Of a stretch of 60,489 bases of DNA, positions 16,582-25,057 are shown piece after piece; within the stretch, counting starts at the first letter, position 1; each line of letters begins with the position of its first letter. The DNA lies in contig FR881489.1 of NCBI GenBank assembly GCA_000434835.1, positions 41,750 through 102,238 on the forward strand, read 5' to 3'. A program made the position numbers and the translations under genes. The notes under the pieces were generated by a model. The model saw only the letters and a list, made by a program, of their open reading frames with translations. It made no database searches and had not been told where the DNA came from. Source of the stretch: Clostridium sp. CAG:594. Its GTDB lineage: Bacteria; Bacillota_I; Bacilli_A; RF39; UBA660.

Positions 16582-18654
16582 CTATTTATTCTTACCAGAC
16601 ATCTCTTTATTAGCTCTTATTTCTAGAACTGCTTCATTTATAGCATCATCTATTGTTTTTATATCATCTTCAATCATACTATATCCTAAAGTAGCTCCAT
16701 AACCATATGGTAATTCTTTAAGTTCCTTATATAACTTTCTCATGTAAGATACAACCTTATTCTTTTCATAACCAACCATATAAATTAAGTATTCATTACC
16801 ATCAGTTCTTATTATATCACTTTGCTCTAGTTGGTTTCTAATTAGAATATTGGCAGCAAGTTTAATTAACTTATCTCCCTCTTCATGACCATATACATCA
16901 TTTACATGACGTAAGTTATTTAGGTTAACAACTATTATAGATTGAGGATAAATTGCATTATTACCCCAACGTTTAAAGTTCTTATTTAAATAGTTACGAT
17001 TCTTAAGTGAAGTAAGTGGATCGATGTATCTAATTGTTTCTTCACGTTTATTTTTCTTCTTTATTTTTATTTTGTTTTTTAATAATAGATATAATACGAA
17101 TAATACAAGTACTGCAATAATAACATATACGAAACCATAACTTACTTCCTTAGAATCCTTTGAGTATTCCTTCCAAGCTACGTTATACATTTGTTTATAA
17201 TTAATTGTTTCCATATAAGATGTAAATAATGATTTAAACGTTCCGTTTTCTTCGGTATCACTTATCATATATCCATATTCTAAGTTTTCTTTATCGTTAT
17301 ATATAACTCGGTAATCAGATAACTTACTATCTTTATACATCTCATATACGCTTTGATCTAAAACAACAATGCTATCTTTTTTAATCTTACTTATTAAAGT
17401 ACTTACTTTATCATATGCTGTTACTTTAGCTTTTGCATTTTTTTCTAAATACTTTGCAAGCGTTGAGTTAGTTGTTATAACTTCCTTGTCTTTTAAAGAT
17501 TTAACAGAATTAACAACAATATCTGTTTTATTTTTATGCATTAAAACAACATACTGCTCATCATATGGTGAAATAGTTGTTACATATTTACCACTTAATC
17601 CTGAGTAATTATAGTAGTTAGGTGCTATATCAACCTTTCCACTATTTAAATCATTTTTTAAATCCTTAACTGAATGATATTTCTTAAGGGTAAATGATGC
17701 TCCCGTAATATCACTAAATGAATTAATATAAGTACTATCTAATCCAATTAATTTGTTATTAATAGTATTTGTGTAAGGTTCATTTTCCAAGTATCCAAAT
17801 ACATATCTCTTACTTAGGAAGTCTGCCTTTGATTTTTCTGAAATATTATTTTTTTCTAATAATAGATCCATCAATGATTCATTATATTTTTTTTCTAATT
17901 TGTTTGTCTTATAATCTAAGTATTTTTTTCTAACTATGCTAGCTAAATGCTTATTAATATCTTTAGATGTTTTTAAAACATAGGCTTCTTTCATTTCAGT
18001 AATGTTATATACAATGTGATATTTATTTTCTAAAATGAATGATTCAAACCTTGTTTTAGGTGCTGCTATATAGTTAACATCGCCATTTTTTAAAGCGTTT
18101 TGTAATTCTAAAACATTTTGATAAGGCTTATATGTAACACCATTATCAGATGAAATGTAATAACTTACATTTGCTAAATCATTAGATAATACTCCTATAT
18201 TTTTATTTCTTATTTCATAAGGAGCCGTTATCTTTTCACTATCTTTTGAAATTAATACATAATAGTCCTTATAAAATACCATATCGCTATCTTTTACTGT
18301 TTTATAATCATCTTGTTTAACTACCTCAAAATATAAATCATTTTCTTCAGTATCACTTGATGCATCATAAGATATTAAGTTTAATGACAATTCAGTTTGT
18401 TCTTCAAACTTAGATGCAAAGTCAAAAAATACACCTTCCCCATCACTACTAAATACTGGTATGTTATTAGCAACTGAAATATTTATAACTTCTTTTTTAT
18501 TATTTTCTATCCATTTCTTTTCTGTCAAATTAAGTTTTGAATCGTTTTCTGGGCCTTTACTAAAATTTATCAGTAAAACTAAAATCCCAACTAATACAAG
18601 AATGAATAACCCTACTATCCAATTATTATTTTTTTTCTTTTTCATTTCTACCAC
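16582..18654 (-). CDS. membrane sensor with large extracytoplasmic region and a degenerate GGDEF domain
   Basis: TM1 (residues ~10-30), a ~480-aa external region and TM2 (VYVIIAVLVLFVLYLLL). The external region has two segments resembling family-3 solute-binding domains (KNIGVLSNDL...LQNALKNGDVNYIAAP; LKDKEVITTNS...). The C-terminal GGDEF fold is DPLTSLKNRNYL...VVNLNNLRHVNDVYGHEEGD...RTDGNEYLIY, so the signature is DGNEY instead of GG(D/E)EF. Confidence 0.8.
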   Translation of the reverse strand: MVEMKKKKNNNWIVGLFILVLVGILVLLINFSKGPENDSKLNLTEKKWIENNKKEVINISVANNIPVFSSDGEGVFFDFASKFEEQTELSLNLISYDASSDTEENDLYFEVVKQDDYKTVKDSDMVFYKDYYVLISKDSEKITAPYEIRNKNIGVLSNDLANVSYYISSDNGVTYKPYQNVLELQNALKNGDVNYIAAPKTRFESFILENKYHIVYNITEMKEAYVLKTSKDINKHLASIVRKKYLDYKTNKLEKKYNESLMDLLLEKNNISEKSKADFLSKRYVFGYLENEPYTNTINNKLIGLDSTYINSFSDITGASFTLKKYHSVKDLKNDLNSGKVDIAPNYYNYSGLSGKYVTTISPYDEQYVVLMHKNKTDIVVNSVKSLKDKEVITTNSTLAKYLEKNAKAKVTAYDKVSTLISKIKKDSIVVLDQSVYEMYKDSKLSDYRVIYNDKENLEYGYMISDTEENGTFKSLFTSYMETINYKQMYNVAWKEYSKDSKEVSYGFVYVIIAVLVLFVLYLLLKNKIKIKKKNKREETIRYIDPLTSLKNRNYLNKNFKRWGNNAIYPQSIIVVNLNNLRHVNDVYGHEEGDKLIKLAANILIRNQLEQSDIIRTDGNEYLIYMVGYEKNKVVSYMRKLYKELKELPYGYGATLGYSMIEDDIKTIDDAINEAVLEIRANKEMSGKNK

Positions 18655-18657
18655 CTC

Positions 18658-19137
18658 TTATAAAACATCAAATGTAATTTCAGTTTTACTCTTATGCTTA
18701 TATCCTGTAACTGGATACTTCATAGTATCACCTTGCATTTGCTTTGAATAAAACTCTAAGTCATAATAAGTTTTTGTATCATCACTTAAGTAATTTAAAA
18801 TTTCACTAAATTTAGCTTTCATATCATCAGTTGATACACCTTCCTTAAACGTAACAAAAAACTTAATTAATCTTCCCTTTATTACTACTTCTGATTCCTC
18901 AACCCCATCAATTGAAGATACTTTATCTTGCACATCTTTCTTTTCGGAAACAGTAAATTCGTGATTATTTATGTCTCTTATTCTAACTCCATAAACTGAT
19001 TTTTCTGAACTCGAATAAAATAACGATTTGTATAGTACAAGTAAAATAATTATAACTAATAAAACTAAAAGTCCTGTTTTAACCTGCTTTTTATTATTCC
19101 TTACAAATCTTTTTATTTTTGGTAGCATTATCCTCAC
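18658..19137 (-). CDS. membrane-anchored protein of unknown function
   Basis: 159 aa, one N-terminal TM helix. Its stop lies 3 nt before the GGDEF gene start. First gene of the operon. Confidence 0.6.
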   Translation of the reverse strand: MRIMLPKIKRFVRNNKKQVKTGLLVLLVIIILLVLYKSLFYSSSEKSVYGVRIRDINNHEFTVSEKKDVQDKVSSIDGVEESEVVIKGRLIKFFVTFKEGVSTDDMKAKFSEILNYLSDDTKTYYDLEFYSKQMQGDTMKYPVTGYKHKSKTEITFDVL

Positions 19138-19153
19138 CTCTCATACGATAATT

Positions 19154-19182
19154 ATTATACTATAAATTATGCATTATTTCCA
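19154..19182 (-). promoter_or_regulatory. sigma-A-type promoter for the 159aa-GGDEF-YihY operon
   Basis: On the minus strand: TGGAAA (19177-19182), 17-nt spacer, TATAAT (19154-19159). GAGGTGAGGA Shine-Dalgarno sequence before ATG 19137. Confidence 0.4.
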
Positions 19183-19221
19183 CTTTAATTAGAAAAATAA
19201 AATTGTAAAGACTTAAAAAGC

Positions 19222-19273
19222 CTTATTTTATGGCATAAAATAAGACATAAATATAAGTTTAATATTTATGTCT
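19222..19273 (-). terminator. two consecutive hairpins after the ABC-2 transporter operon
   Basis: Hairpin 19243-19273 (agacataaata / tatttatgtct) overlaps the stop codon. Palindrome 19222-19244 (cttattttatg-g-cataaaataag) is followed by a T-rich tract on the minus strand. Confidence 0.5.
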
Positions 19274-20064
19274 TACGTTCTTGAACCCATTAGATTTGTT
19301 GATGAATATTTTTTCAATCCTAAATTAAATATTAAAAATGAGAACAATGATATTATCACTGTTAAAAATCCTACTATAAGTAATATTAAAGGATTATTAG
19401 TAAGAAGACTTTTTACTGGCAAATAAACGATTAATGCTACTGGAAATACGGTATATAAAAGTATTTTTATAAAACCTTTAAATATTCCTTCTGGATAGGT
19501 TGAAAATGATGTCGGAACCCTAATTAAAGTATCAGAAAGTTCTCTAAAATTCAAACTAAAAAATAACAAGGAATATAAAATAACTATAAATGAAGTATAT
19601 GTTATCGCACCACAAACGCTAAATAACGTTAAATATATAAACGTTTTAATAGAAGGTGATGCAATAAGAATAACTAAATAACCATATATCAAATCTCCAA
19701 AAGCACTCATCGAACAATGCGAGTTTAAAATGTTTAGCAAAACGCTTTTAGGTTGAACCAAATATGCATCAAGCTTTCCATCTTCTATATAATATGGAAT
19801 AAACATAGCTCCGCCAAATATTATGTTGGCAAGTCCAAACGAAGTCGCTGCAAAACCCCACACCATTAATATTTCTTTCATAGATAAATCACTGCTACTA
19901 GACACTGATAAAATAACTGTCCATTGTACCAAAAAGGAAGCATTAGATACAAACATTAACAAGACACTAAATAAGAATGACTTTTTATTCGTCATTGCCC
20001 TTATAGCACTATATTTAATGGATAGAAAACTTACTTTTAATTGATTTTTAACCTCCGTTAACAT
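19273..20064 (-). CDS. ABC-2 family transporter permease (uncharacterised COG3694/COG4587-type pair)
   Basis: 263 aa, six hydrophobic helices. Overlaps the preceding permease gene by 17 nt. Confidence 0.65.
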   Translation of the reverse strand: MLTEVKNQLKVSFLSIKYSAIRAMTNKKSFLFSVLLMFVSNASFLVQWTVILSVSSSSDLSMKEILMVWGFAATSFGLANIIFGGAMFIPYYIEDGKLDAYLVQPKSVLLNILNSHCSMSAFGDLIYGYLVILIASPSIKTFIYLTLFSVCGAITYTSFIVILYSLLFFSLNFRELSDTLIRVPTSFSTYPEGIFKGFIKILLYTVFPVALIVYLPVKSLLTNNPLILLIVGFLTVIISLFSFLIFNLGLKKYSSTNLMGSRT

Positions 20065-20842
20065 TTAACTTTCTAGCTCCTTTCTTATATTCAAATTTTA
20101 ATATTATAATAAGAAGTACTATGTAAAATAATTGAGATAAGATAACTCCTAAATACTCGTTTATGTTAAAATTAATTATCATTTTAACAGGACCTGATAG
20201 AGCTGCATAAACGGGAGAATATCTAATTATTGGTCTTATATACATAGGAAACATCTCAAGTGGAAAAGTAACACCGAATATTAAGAAAATCGTTTTAAAA
20301 AGCCACTGAAAAGGTTCTGAATTTTCCACCCAAAAAGATAAATAACTAATTATTAATCTTATCAAGGCCGCAACTATTATAGCCAAGATAATACTTATTA
20401 TCATAAATGGCAAAAATCTTATATCAAACGTTTTTATTGGCCCTATTAAAATTAAACCTAATATTATAGAACATATTAAGTTAACTATTCCCTTTATTGT
20501 TGATTCTGCAAAAAATCTTGCAAATATATAACCTGTGTAATCATAAGGCTTATTTAATGCATAGGCTATATTACCACTTACTATGTCATTAGTTGGTGTT
20601 TTTCTTAAGATATTACTTGATGAAAAACCAGTTAAAAACTCGGTAAAAGTAACATACCAAATCATTTGAACTAAAGTATAACCATTAATTATAGATTTAT
20701 CCCCACTAGAATATAAGTATTTCCATAATGCAAAAAATATAAATATATGAATTAAAGTACCTATAAAGTTAAGTAAGAACCCTTTAGCATACTGTAATTC
20801 TTCCATTAATGTTGCTTTATATACTTCAACATATTTTCTCAT
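20048..20842 (-). CDS. ABC-2 family transporter permease
   Basis: 264 aa polytopic. 1-nt TAATG overlap with the ATPase gene. Confidence 0.65.
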   Translation of the reverse strand: MRKYVEVYKATLMEELQYAKGFLLNFIGTLIHIFIFFALWKYLYSSGDKSIINGYTLVQMIWYVTFTEFLTGFSSSNILRKTPTNDIVSGNIAYALNKPYDYTGYIFARFFAESTIKGIVNLICSIILGLILIGPIKTFDIRFLPFMIISIILAIIVAALIRLIISYLSFWVENSEPFQWLFKTIFLIFGVTFPLEMFPMYIRPIIRYSPVYAALSGPVKMIINFNINEYLGVILSQLFYIVLLIIILKFEYKKGARKLNVNGG

Positions 20843-21822
20843 TATTTACTACCTTTATATATATTTGCAATTATGTTTTCTAGTGGCTCATTAGATATAT
20901 TAATATCAATTATTTTATCTGTATCTAACATTTTTATTACGTCTGAAACACTCTTTTTAGATACATCAATTGAAAGTTTTAGGCTATAACCTTTATCTTT
21001 TAAAACAGTTATACCATCTTCATCACTTAAATTAACTTTTTCTTTCATTTTAACTTCAATTATTTTTTTATTTAAATAATTATACTTTAAATTTGACATA
21101 GAATCATCAAGTACAACTTTTCCATCGTTTATAATAATTACACGTTTACAAAGTTTTTCTATATCACCAACATCATGACTTGTTAAAAATATGGTTGTTC
21201 CAAATTCTTTGTTCATTCGCTTAATTAAAACCCTTATATTTTCCTTTACAACAGGATCAAGACCTATTGTTGGTTCATCCAAAAATAATATTTCTGGTTT
21301 ATGAATTAAGCTAGCCGCTATTTCACAACGTATTCTTTGACCTAATGATAGGTTTCTAACTGGTGTATTTATAAAATCATTAAGCTCTAAAGTATCATTT
21401 AACTCTTTTATTCTTTTTTCTATTTCATAGTCCTTTAAATCGTATATCGCTCCAAAAAATTTAAAATTATCATAAGGCGTTAAATGAGTCCATAACTGCT
21501 CTTTTTGTCCAAATACCGTTCCTATCTTGTATGCTAATTTTTTTCTTTGTTTAGCAGGATTGATTCCTGAGACTATTGCCCCTCCACTACTTGGGCAAAG
21601 TATACCAGTTAGCATCTTTATAGTTGTTGACTTACCTGCTCCATTAGGTCCTATAAATGCTATAATTTCTCCTTTATCAATTGACAAATTAATGTTGTTA
21701 ACTGCCTTTTTCAACCTGTATTTTGGTTTAATTATAGATTTTAAACTTCCTTTAAATCCCTTTTCTTTTTCTTTTATTTTAAACGTTTTAGATAGGTGTT
21801 TAATTTCTATTATTTTAGTCAT
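20842..21822 (-). CDS. ABC transporter ATP-binding protein
   Basis: Walker A GPNGAGKST, signature LSLGQR, Walker B ILFLDEPTIGLD, H-loop TSHD. ~100-aa C-terminal extension. Confidence 0.85.
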   Translation of the reverse strand: MTKIIEIKHLSKTFKIKEKEKGFKGSLKSIIKPKYRLKKAVNNINLSIDKGEIIAFIGPNGAGKSTTIKMLTGILCPSSGGAIVSGINPAKQRKKLAYKIGTVFGQKEQLWTHLTPYDNFKFFGAIYDLKDYEIEKRIKELNDTLELNDFINTPVRNLSLGQRIRCEIAASLIHKPEILFLDEPTIGLDPVVKENIRVLIKRMNKEFGTTIFLTSHDVGDIEKLCKRVIIINDGKVVLDDSMSNLKYNYLNKKIIEVKMKEKVNLSDEDGITVLKDKGYSLKLSIDVSKKSVSDVIKMLDTDKIIDINISNEPLENIIANIYKGSK

Positions 21823-21909
21823 AAATTATCACTTCCTCCACTTTTTATTTTTTCAGCTTTTATAAAGCCTTCTTCATTACTATACTTTATCACTTTTAAT
21901 CACTTTCTT

Positions 21910-22473
21910 TTATTTAAATAATACCTTCATTATGTTTTCATATTCTTCTTTAAAAATAACCTTTGTTTTATCACTTAAATCATTATAATCATTTTCAAAA
22001 TAACGTTTTATAAAACTTCTTATGTTACTTAAATTAACATCATAGTTTTTATACGCATAATCAAATATCATTGGTATGTTATCAAAATGAGATAATATGT
22101 CAGCATCAGATACACATACCTCTTCTTTATTTTCAGCATCAAAACTTGTTCGGTGGTGAAGTACACAATTTTTAACACGTTTTATCTTTTCCTGTGGATA
22201 ATTATATTTATTTAATATTTCTTCGGCTATTTTTGCACCGTTTATGTGATGATCACTTCTTTTTCCCACTTTTTTTATTAATGCTATATCATGAAGAAGT
22301 GCGCCTAATGATACTATTTCCATATCAGCGTCATATTTTCTAGCTAACAAAAGTGCTTTATCATACATATACTTTATATGTTCATTCCAAAAATCATAAC
22401 CATCTTTAGATTCTTTTTTATGCTTATTACACTCATCTTTTACATACTCTTTTATTTTCTCTACTATGTTCAT
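21910..22473 (-). CDS. HD-domain phosphohydrolase
   Basis: 187 aa with LGALLHDIA (HD dyad) and later HH / DAD metal-ligand positions. Confidence 0.7.
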   Translation of the reverse strand: MNIVEKIKEYVKDECNKHKKESKDGYDFWNEHIKYMYDKALLLARKYDADMEIVSLGALLHDIALIKKVGKRSDHHINGAKIAEEILNKYNYPQEKIKRVKNCVLHHRTSFDAENKEEVCVSDADILSHFDNIPMIFDYAYKNYDVNLSNIRSFIKRYFENDYNDLSDKTKVIFKEEYENIMKVLFK

Positions 22474-22630
22474 TTTGTATTTCCTTATCTATTATAGGTT
22501 CATATATTTTTTCGTTTTTACTTAACGATTTTTCTATATCTATCAAATAATCTTGAACCTTATATTTTGTATCAACATTATAATATTTTCAATCGTTCTT
22601 GCTAATCTTAAATTATTCTTATCACACACA

Positions 22631-23027
22631 TCATCTATTTAACGTTTCATTTAAAATTAATTCTGCCTTTTTTACAAAGAAATTAGATTTATCTATTGAT
22701 AGATTATAACTACATATATCATCTTTTAATTCTTCTACATTTTCATATTTTCTGTTAATATATTGAGGTTCAGACTCCATTTCTATAAAAATATATTTAT
22801 CATTAACTAGTTAAACAACTAACTCGGTTTTATCATTTGCAAAAACTATACATTTATCATGTATATCAAATAATTTTTCATATCTGTTATATTTATTAAG
22901 CTATTAATTAAATATGAATCATTTACTATGTATTCTTCTTTTTTATAAAATTATTTTGTTTTAATTTCTCTTTTAGTTTTTCATAACTGACATTTACTCT
23001 AACTGTTATTTCTATTTCTTTTTTCAT
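22631..23027 (-). pseudogene. decayed CYTH-like (class IV adenylate cyclase / triphosphate tunnel) gene
   Basis: No ORF over 60 aa here. The reverse strand reads MKKEIEITVRVNVSYEKLKEKLKQNNFIKK, then shifts frame in an A6 run. It continues EEYIVNDSYLINS..., and after another shift KLFDIHDKCIVFANDKTELVV*LVNDKYIFIEMESEPQYINRKYENVEELKDDICSYNLSIDKSNFFVKKAELILNETLNR*. The ExExx start and the IFIEME strand fit CYTH. Confidence 0.5.
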
Positions 23028-23068
23028 AGTATATATCTCTTATTGAATTCATTTTAATTATATCATAG

Positions 23069-23249
23069 TTACTTCAATGTTTTTTCATAATAATTAACTA
23101 TTACTTTCTCACTAGATAAATAATATTCATAATCAGTTTTTATATACTTTATAAAGCCCCATTTAAAATATATTTGTAAATTCTTATTTCACAAGGTTCT
23201 ACTCCAAGAGTTAAATATTTGAAACCTCTTTTTTTAAATCATTTTCCAT
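23069..23249 (-). pseudogene. 3' remnant of a GNAT acetyltransferase gene with frameshifts
   Basis: The reverse strand reads ...ENDLKK, shifts frame in an A7 run, reads RGFKYLTLGVEPCEIR, shifts again, and reads NLQIYFKWGFIKYIKTDYEYYLSSEKVIVNYYEKTLK*. This matches the C-terminal third of GNAT enzymes (..GFKKLTLGVEP.N.RA..LY.K.GF). The N-terminal two thirds are absent. Confidence 0.5.
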
Positions 23250-23269
23250 AAATTTATATATTATTAATA

Positions 23270-24022
23270 TTAATAAGGTATAACCAGTCTTAATATAAAC
23301 TTCCAAAAAGGCATATCACTTGATATAAATAGTCTTGGTAAATGGTATTTATCATCACCTAATTTTACTTTTCTATGATTTTTTCCTTGACCAAATGTAA
23401 ATGCTAATTTGTAATTATTGTCTTTTAAAGCCTTTTCTATGTTATGGCTAACATGCCCATAAGGATATGCAAAATATTTAGTATCAATTACATTATTCAT
23501 CTTTTTAAAATCATTATTTATTTCTTCATAACTTAGTAAATAATCATTTTCATGATGCAAATCATAAGTATGAGATGCAAATTCTATGTTGGGATATTTT
23601 CTTTTAGCTTCCTTAATCATTTTTAAATCCATATAGTTTTCATTTTCACCATTATAATTTACTCCCATATAAAATACTACCCCATTAAAATTATATTTCT
23701 TAAGTACCTTAAATGCTAAATCATAATTAGATTTATACCCATCGTCCATCGTAATTAAAACAGATTTTCTAGGTATTTTGCAAGTCTTATTTATAAAACA
23801 ATCCATTTGTTTAAGAGTAATCGCATTATAATTATGGTCTTTTAAATATTTCATTTGCTTGTCAAATTTTTTTATATTCATCTGCATATTACTAACGGAA
23901 TCACCTTCTGTAAAATCATGATATCCTAAAACAGTAATCCTTTGATCTTTATAAAGTAAAATAAGACAAATAACAATTAACAAAGTAAAAAATAAAAATA
24001 CTATCATTAATTTCTTTTTCAT
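23270..24022 (-). CDS. membrane-anchored polysaccharide deacetylase (NodB homology domain, CE4)
   Basis: N-terminal TM anchor. NodB motifs LITMDDGY, ASHTYDLHH and YPYGH, and LPRLFIS near the C-terminus. Confidence 0.8.
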   Translation of the reverse strand: MKKKLMIVFLFFTLLIVICLILLYKDQRITVLGYHDFTEGDSVSNMQMNIKKFDKQMKYLKDHNYNAITLKQMDCFINKTCKIPRKSVLITMDDGYKSNYDLAFKVLKKYNFNGVVFYMGVNYNGENENYMDLKMIKEAKRKYPNIEFASHTYDLHHENDYLLSYEEINNDFKKMNNVIDTKYFAYPYGHVSHNIEKALKDNNYKLAFTFGQGKNHRKVKLGDDKYHLPRLFISSDMPFWKFILRLVIPY

Positions 24023-24075
24023 ACACTAAACACTTTCCTTACACTTATCAATATCATTATAGCATTTTATTACAA

Positions 24076-24103
24076 TTAAAAAAACAGAAACTTTATTTCT
24101 GTT
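24076..24103 (-). terminator. intrinsic terminator after the AMP-ligase operon
   Basis: 8-bp stem 24083-24090 aacagaaa / 24096-24103 tttctgtt with a 5-nt loop, followed by a T7 run on the minus strand (A-run 24077-24082). Confidence 0.6.
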
Positions 24104-24305
24104 AATTCTTATTTTTAGTTAATATAAATCCTATTAGTCCTACTATAACTATAATCATACCTACTATTAGGATTCCACCATTACCTTCTTTTCCTGATGC
24201 TGCTTCTTTTGCGATTGAAGCAGTATATAAATATCCGTAATACTTCATGGATAATTTGTCAAATAAGTTAATTGTATTTTCTACATTTTGTTGCAACTTA
24301 ATCAT
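24102..24305 (-). CDS. small tail-anchored membrane protein, unknown function
   Basis: 67 aa, C-terminal TM helix GGILIVGMIIVIVGLIGFIL. AGGAGG abuts the ATG with zero spacing, so the in-frame TTG 9 nt downstream may be the real start. Confidence 0.45.
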   Translation of the reverse strand: MIKLQQNVENTINLFDKLSMKYYGYLYTASIAKEAASGKEGNGGILIVGMIIVIVGLIGFILTKNKN

Positions 24306-24326
24306 CCTCCTTAAAAAAGAAAAGCA

Positions 24327-24992
24327 TTACTTCTTTTCCTTTTCTAATTTTGATATTACTTCATTATTCAAGGTTGTAAAATACATTATGAACGTTACAA
24401 ATGTTGATACTGAAGTAATTAATAATAATCCTGGATAAGTAGATTGAATAACCATAGCTAGTGCACCAAGAGAAGTTAATATAAATAATGAAGAATACCT
24501 TGAAGCAACTTTTTTATTTATGTTAAAAAACATTAATATCAAACAATAAATTATAAATGTTAATGACAAACCATAAACCAAGCTTACTCCAGGTCCATAT
24601 GTATATCTTATCTCACCTTTGTTAACTAAATGAATAGGCAATAATAAAACTGCTATGCAAGACAAAATATAAATTATAATAAAAATGTTTTTTTCCCACT
24701 TAATTCTATTTATTTTTGTCTTTGATATATTTGAAATATATTTAGTAAATAAAATAATCCATGTTACCAAATAAACTAAATAAAATTTTAAAATAAAATT
24801 GCTTAATATTGGCATCTTTTTGATGTTAAATGCAGCATAACTACATAATAATTCTGAAATTAAGCCTATAAAATTAACAATTACTAAGGATTTTAAAATA
24901 TTATTTTTTATTTTTTTATCTTTGAAACAAAGTACTATAAGTAAAACACTATAAAATAAACTTAAAACCGGAAAAAATATTCCACTTCCCAT
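24327..24992 (-). CDS. polytopic membrane protein (6-7 TM), unknown function
   Basis: 221 aa, hydrophobic throughout with a short charged C-terminus. Resembles the membrane-sensor modules found at the N-termini of Firmicute signalling proteins, but has no output domain. Confidence 0.6.
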   Translation of the reverse strand: MGSGIFFPVLSLFYSVLLIVLCFKDKKIKNNILKSLVIVNFIGLISELLCSYAAFNIKKMPILSNFILKFYLVYLVTWIILFTKYISNISKTKINRIKWEKNIFIIIYILSCIAVLLLPIHLVNKGEIRYTYGPGVSLVYGLSLTFIIYCLILMFFNINKKVASRYSSLFILTSLGALAMVIQSTYPGLLLITSVSTFVTFIMYFTTLNNEVISKLEKEKK

Positions 24993-25057
24993 AAATAATC
25001 ACCTCTGTTATGATAATATAATATTTTTAACAATTAATAAATATAATTTAAGTTAGT

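Noticed and set aside
21527-21865. 112-aa plus-strand ORF
   Set aside because: It is antisense to the 5' part of the ABC ATPase gene, including its Walker A region. It is a shadow ORF.
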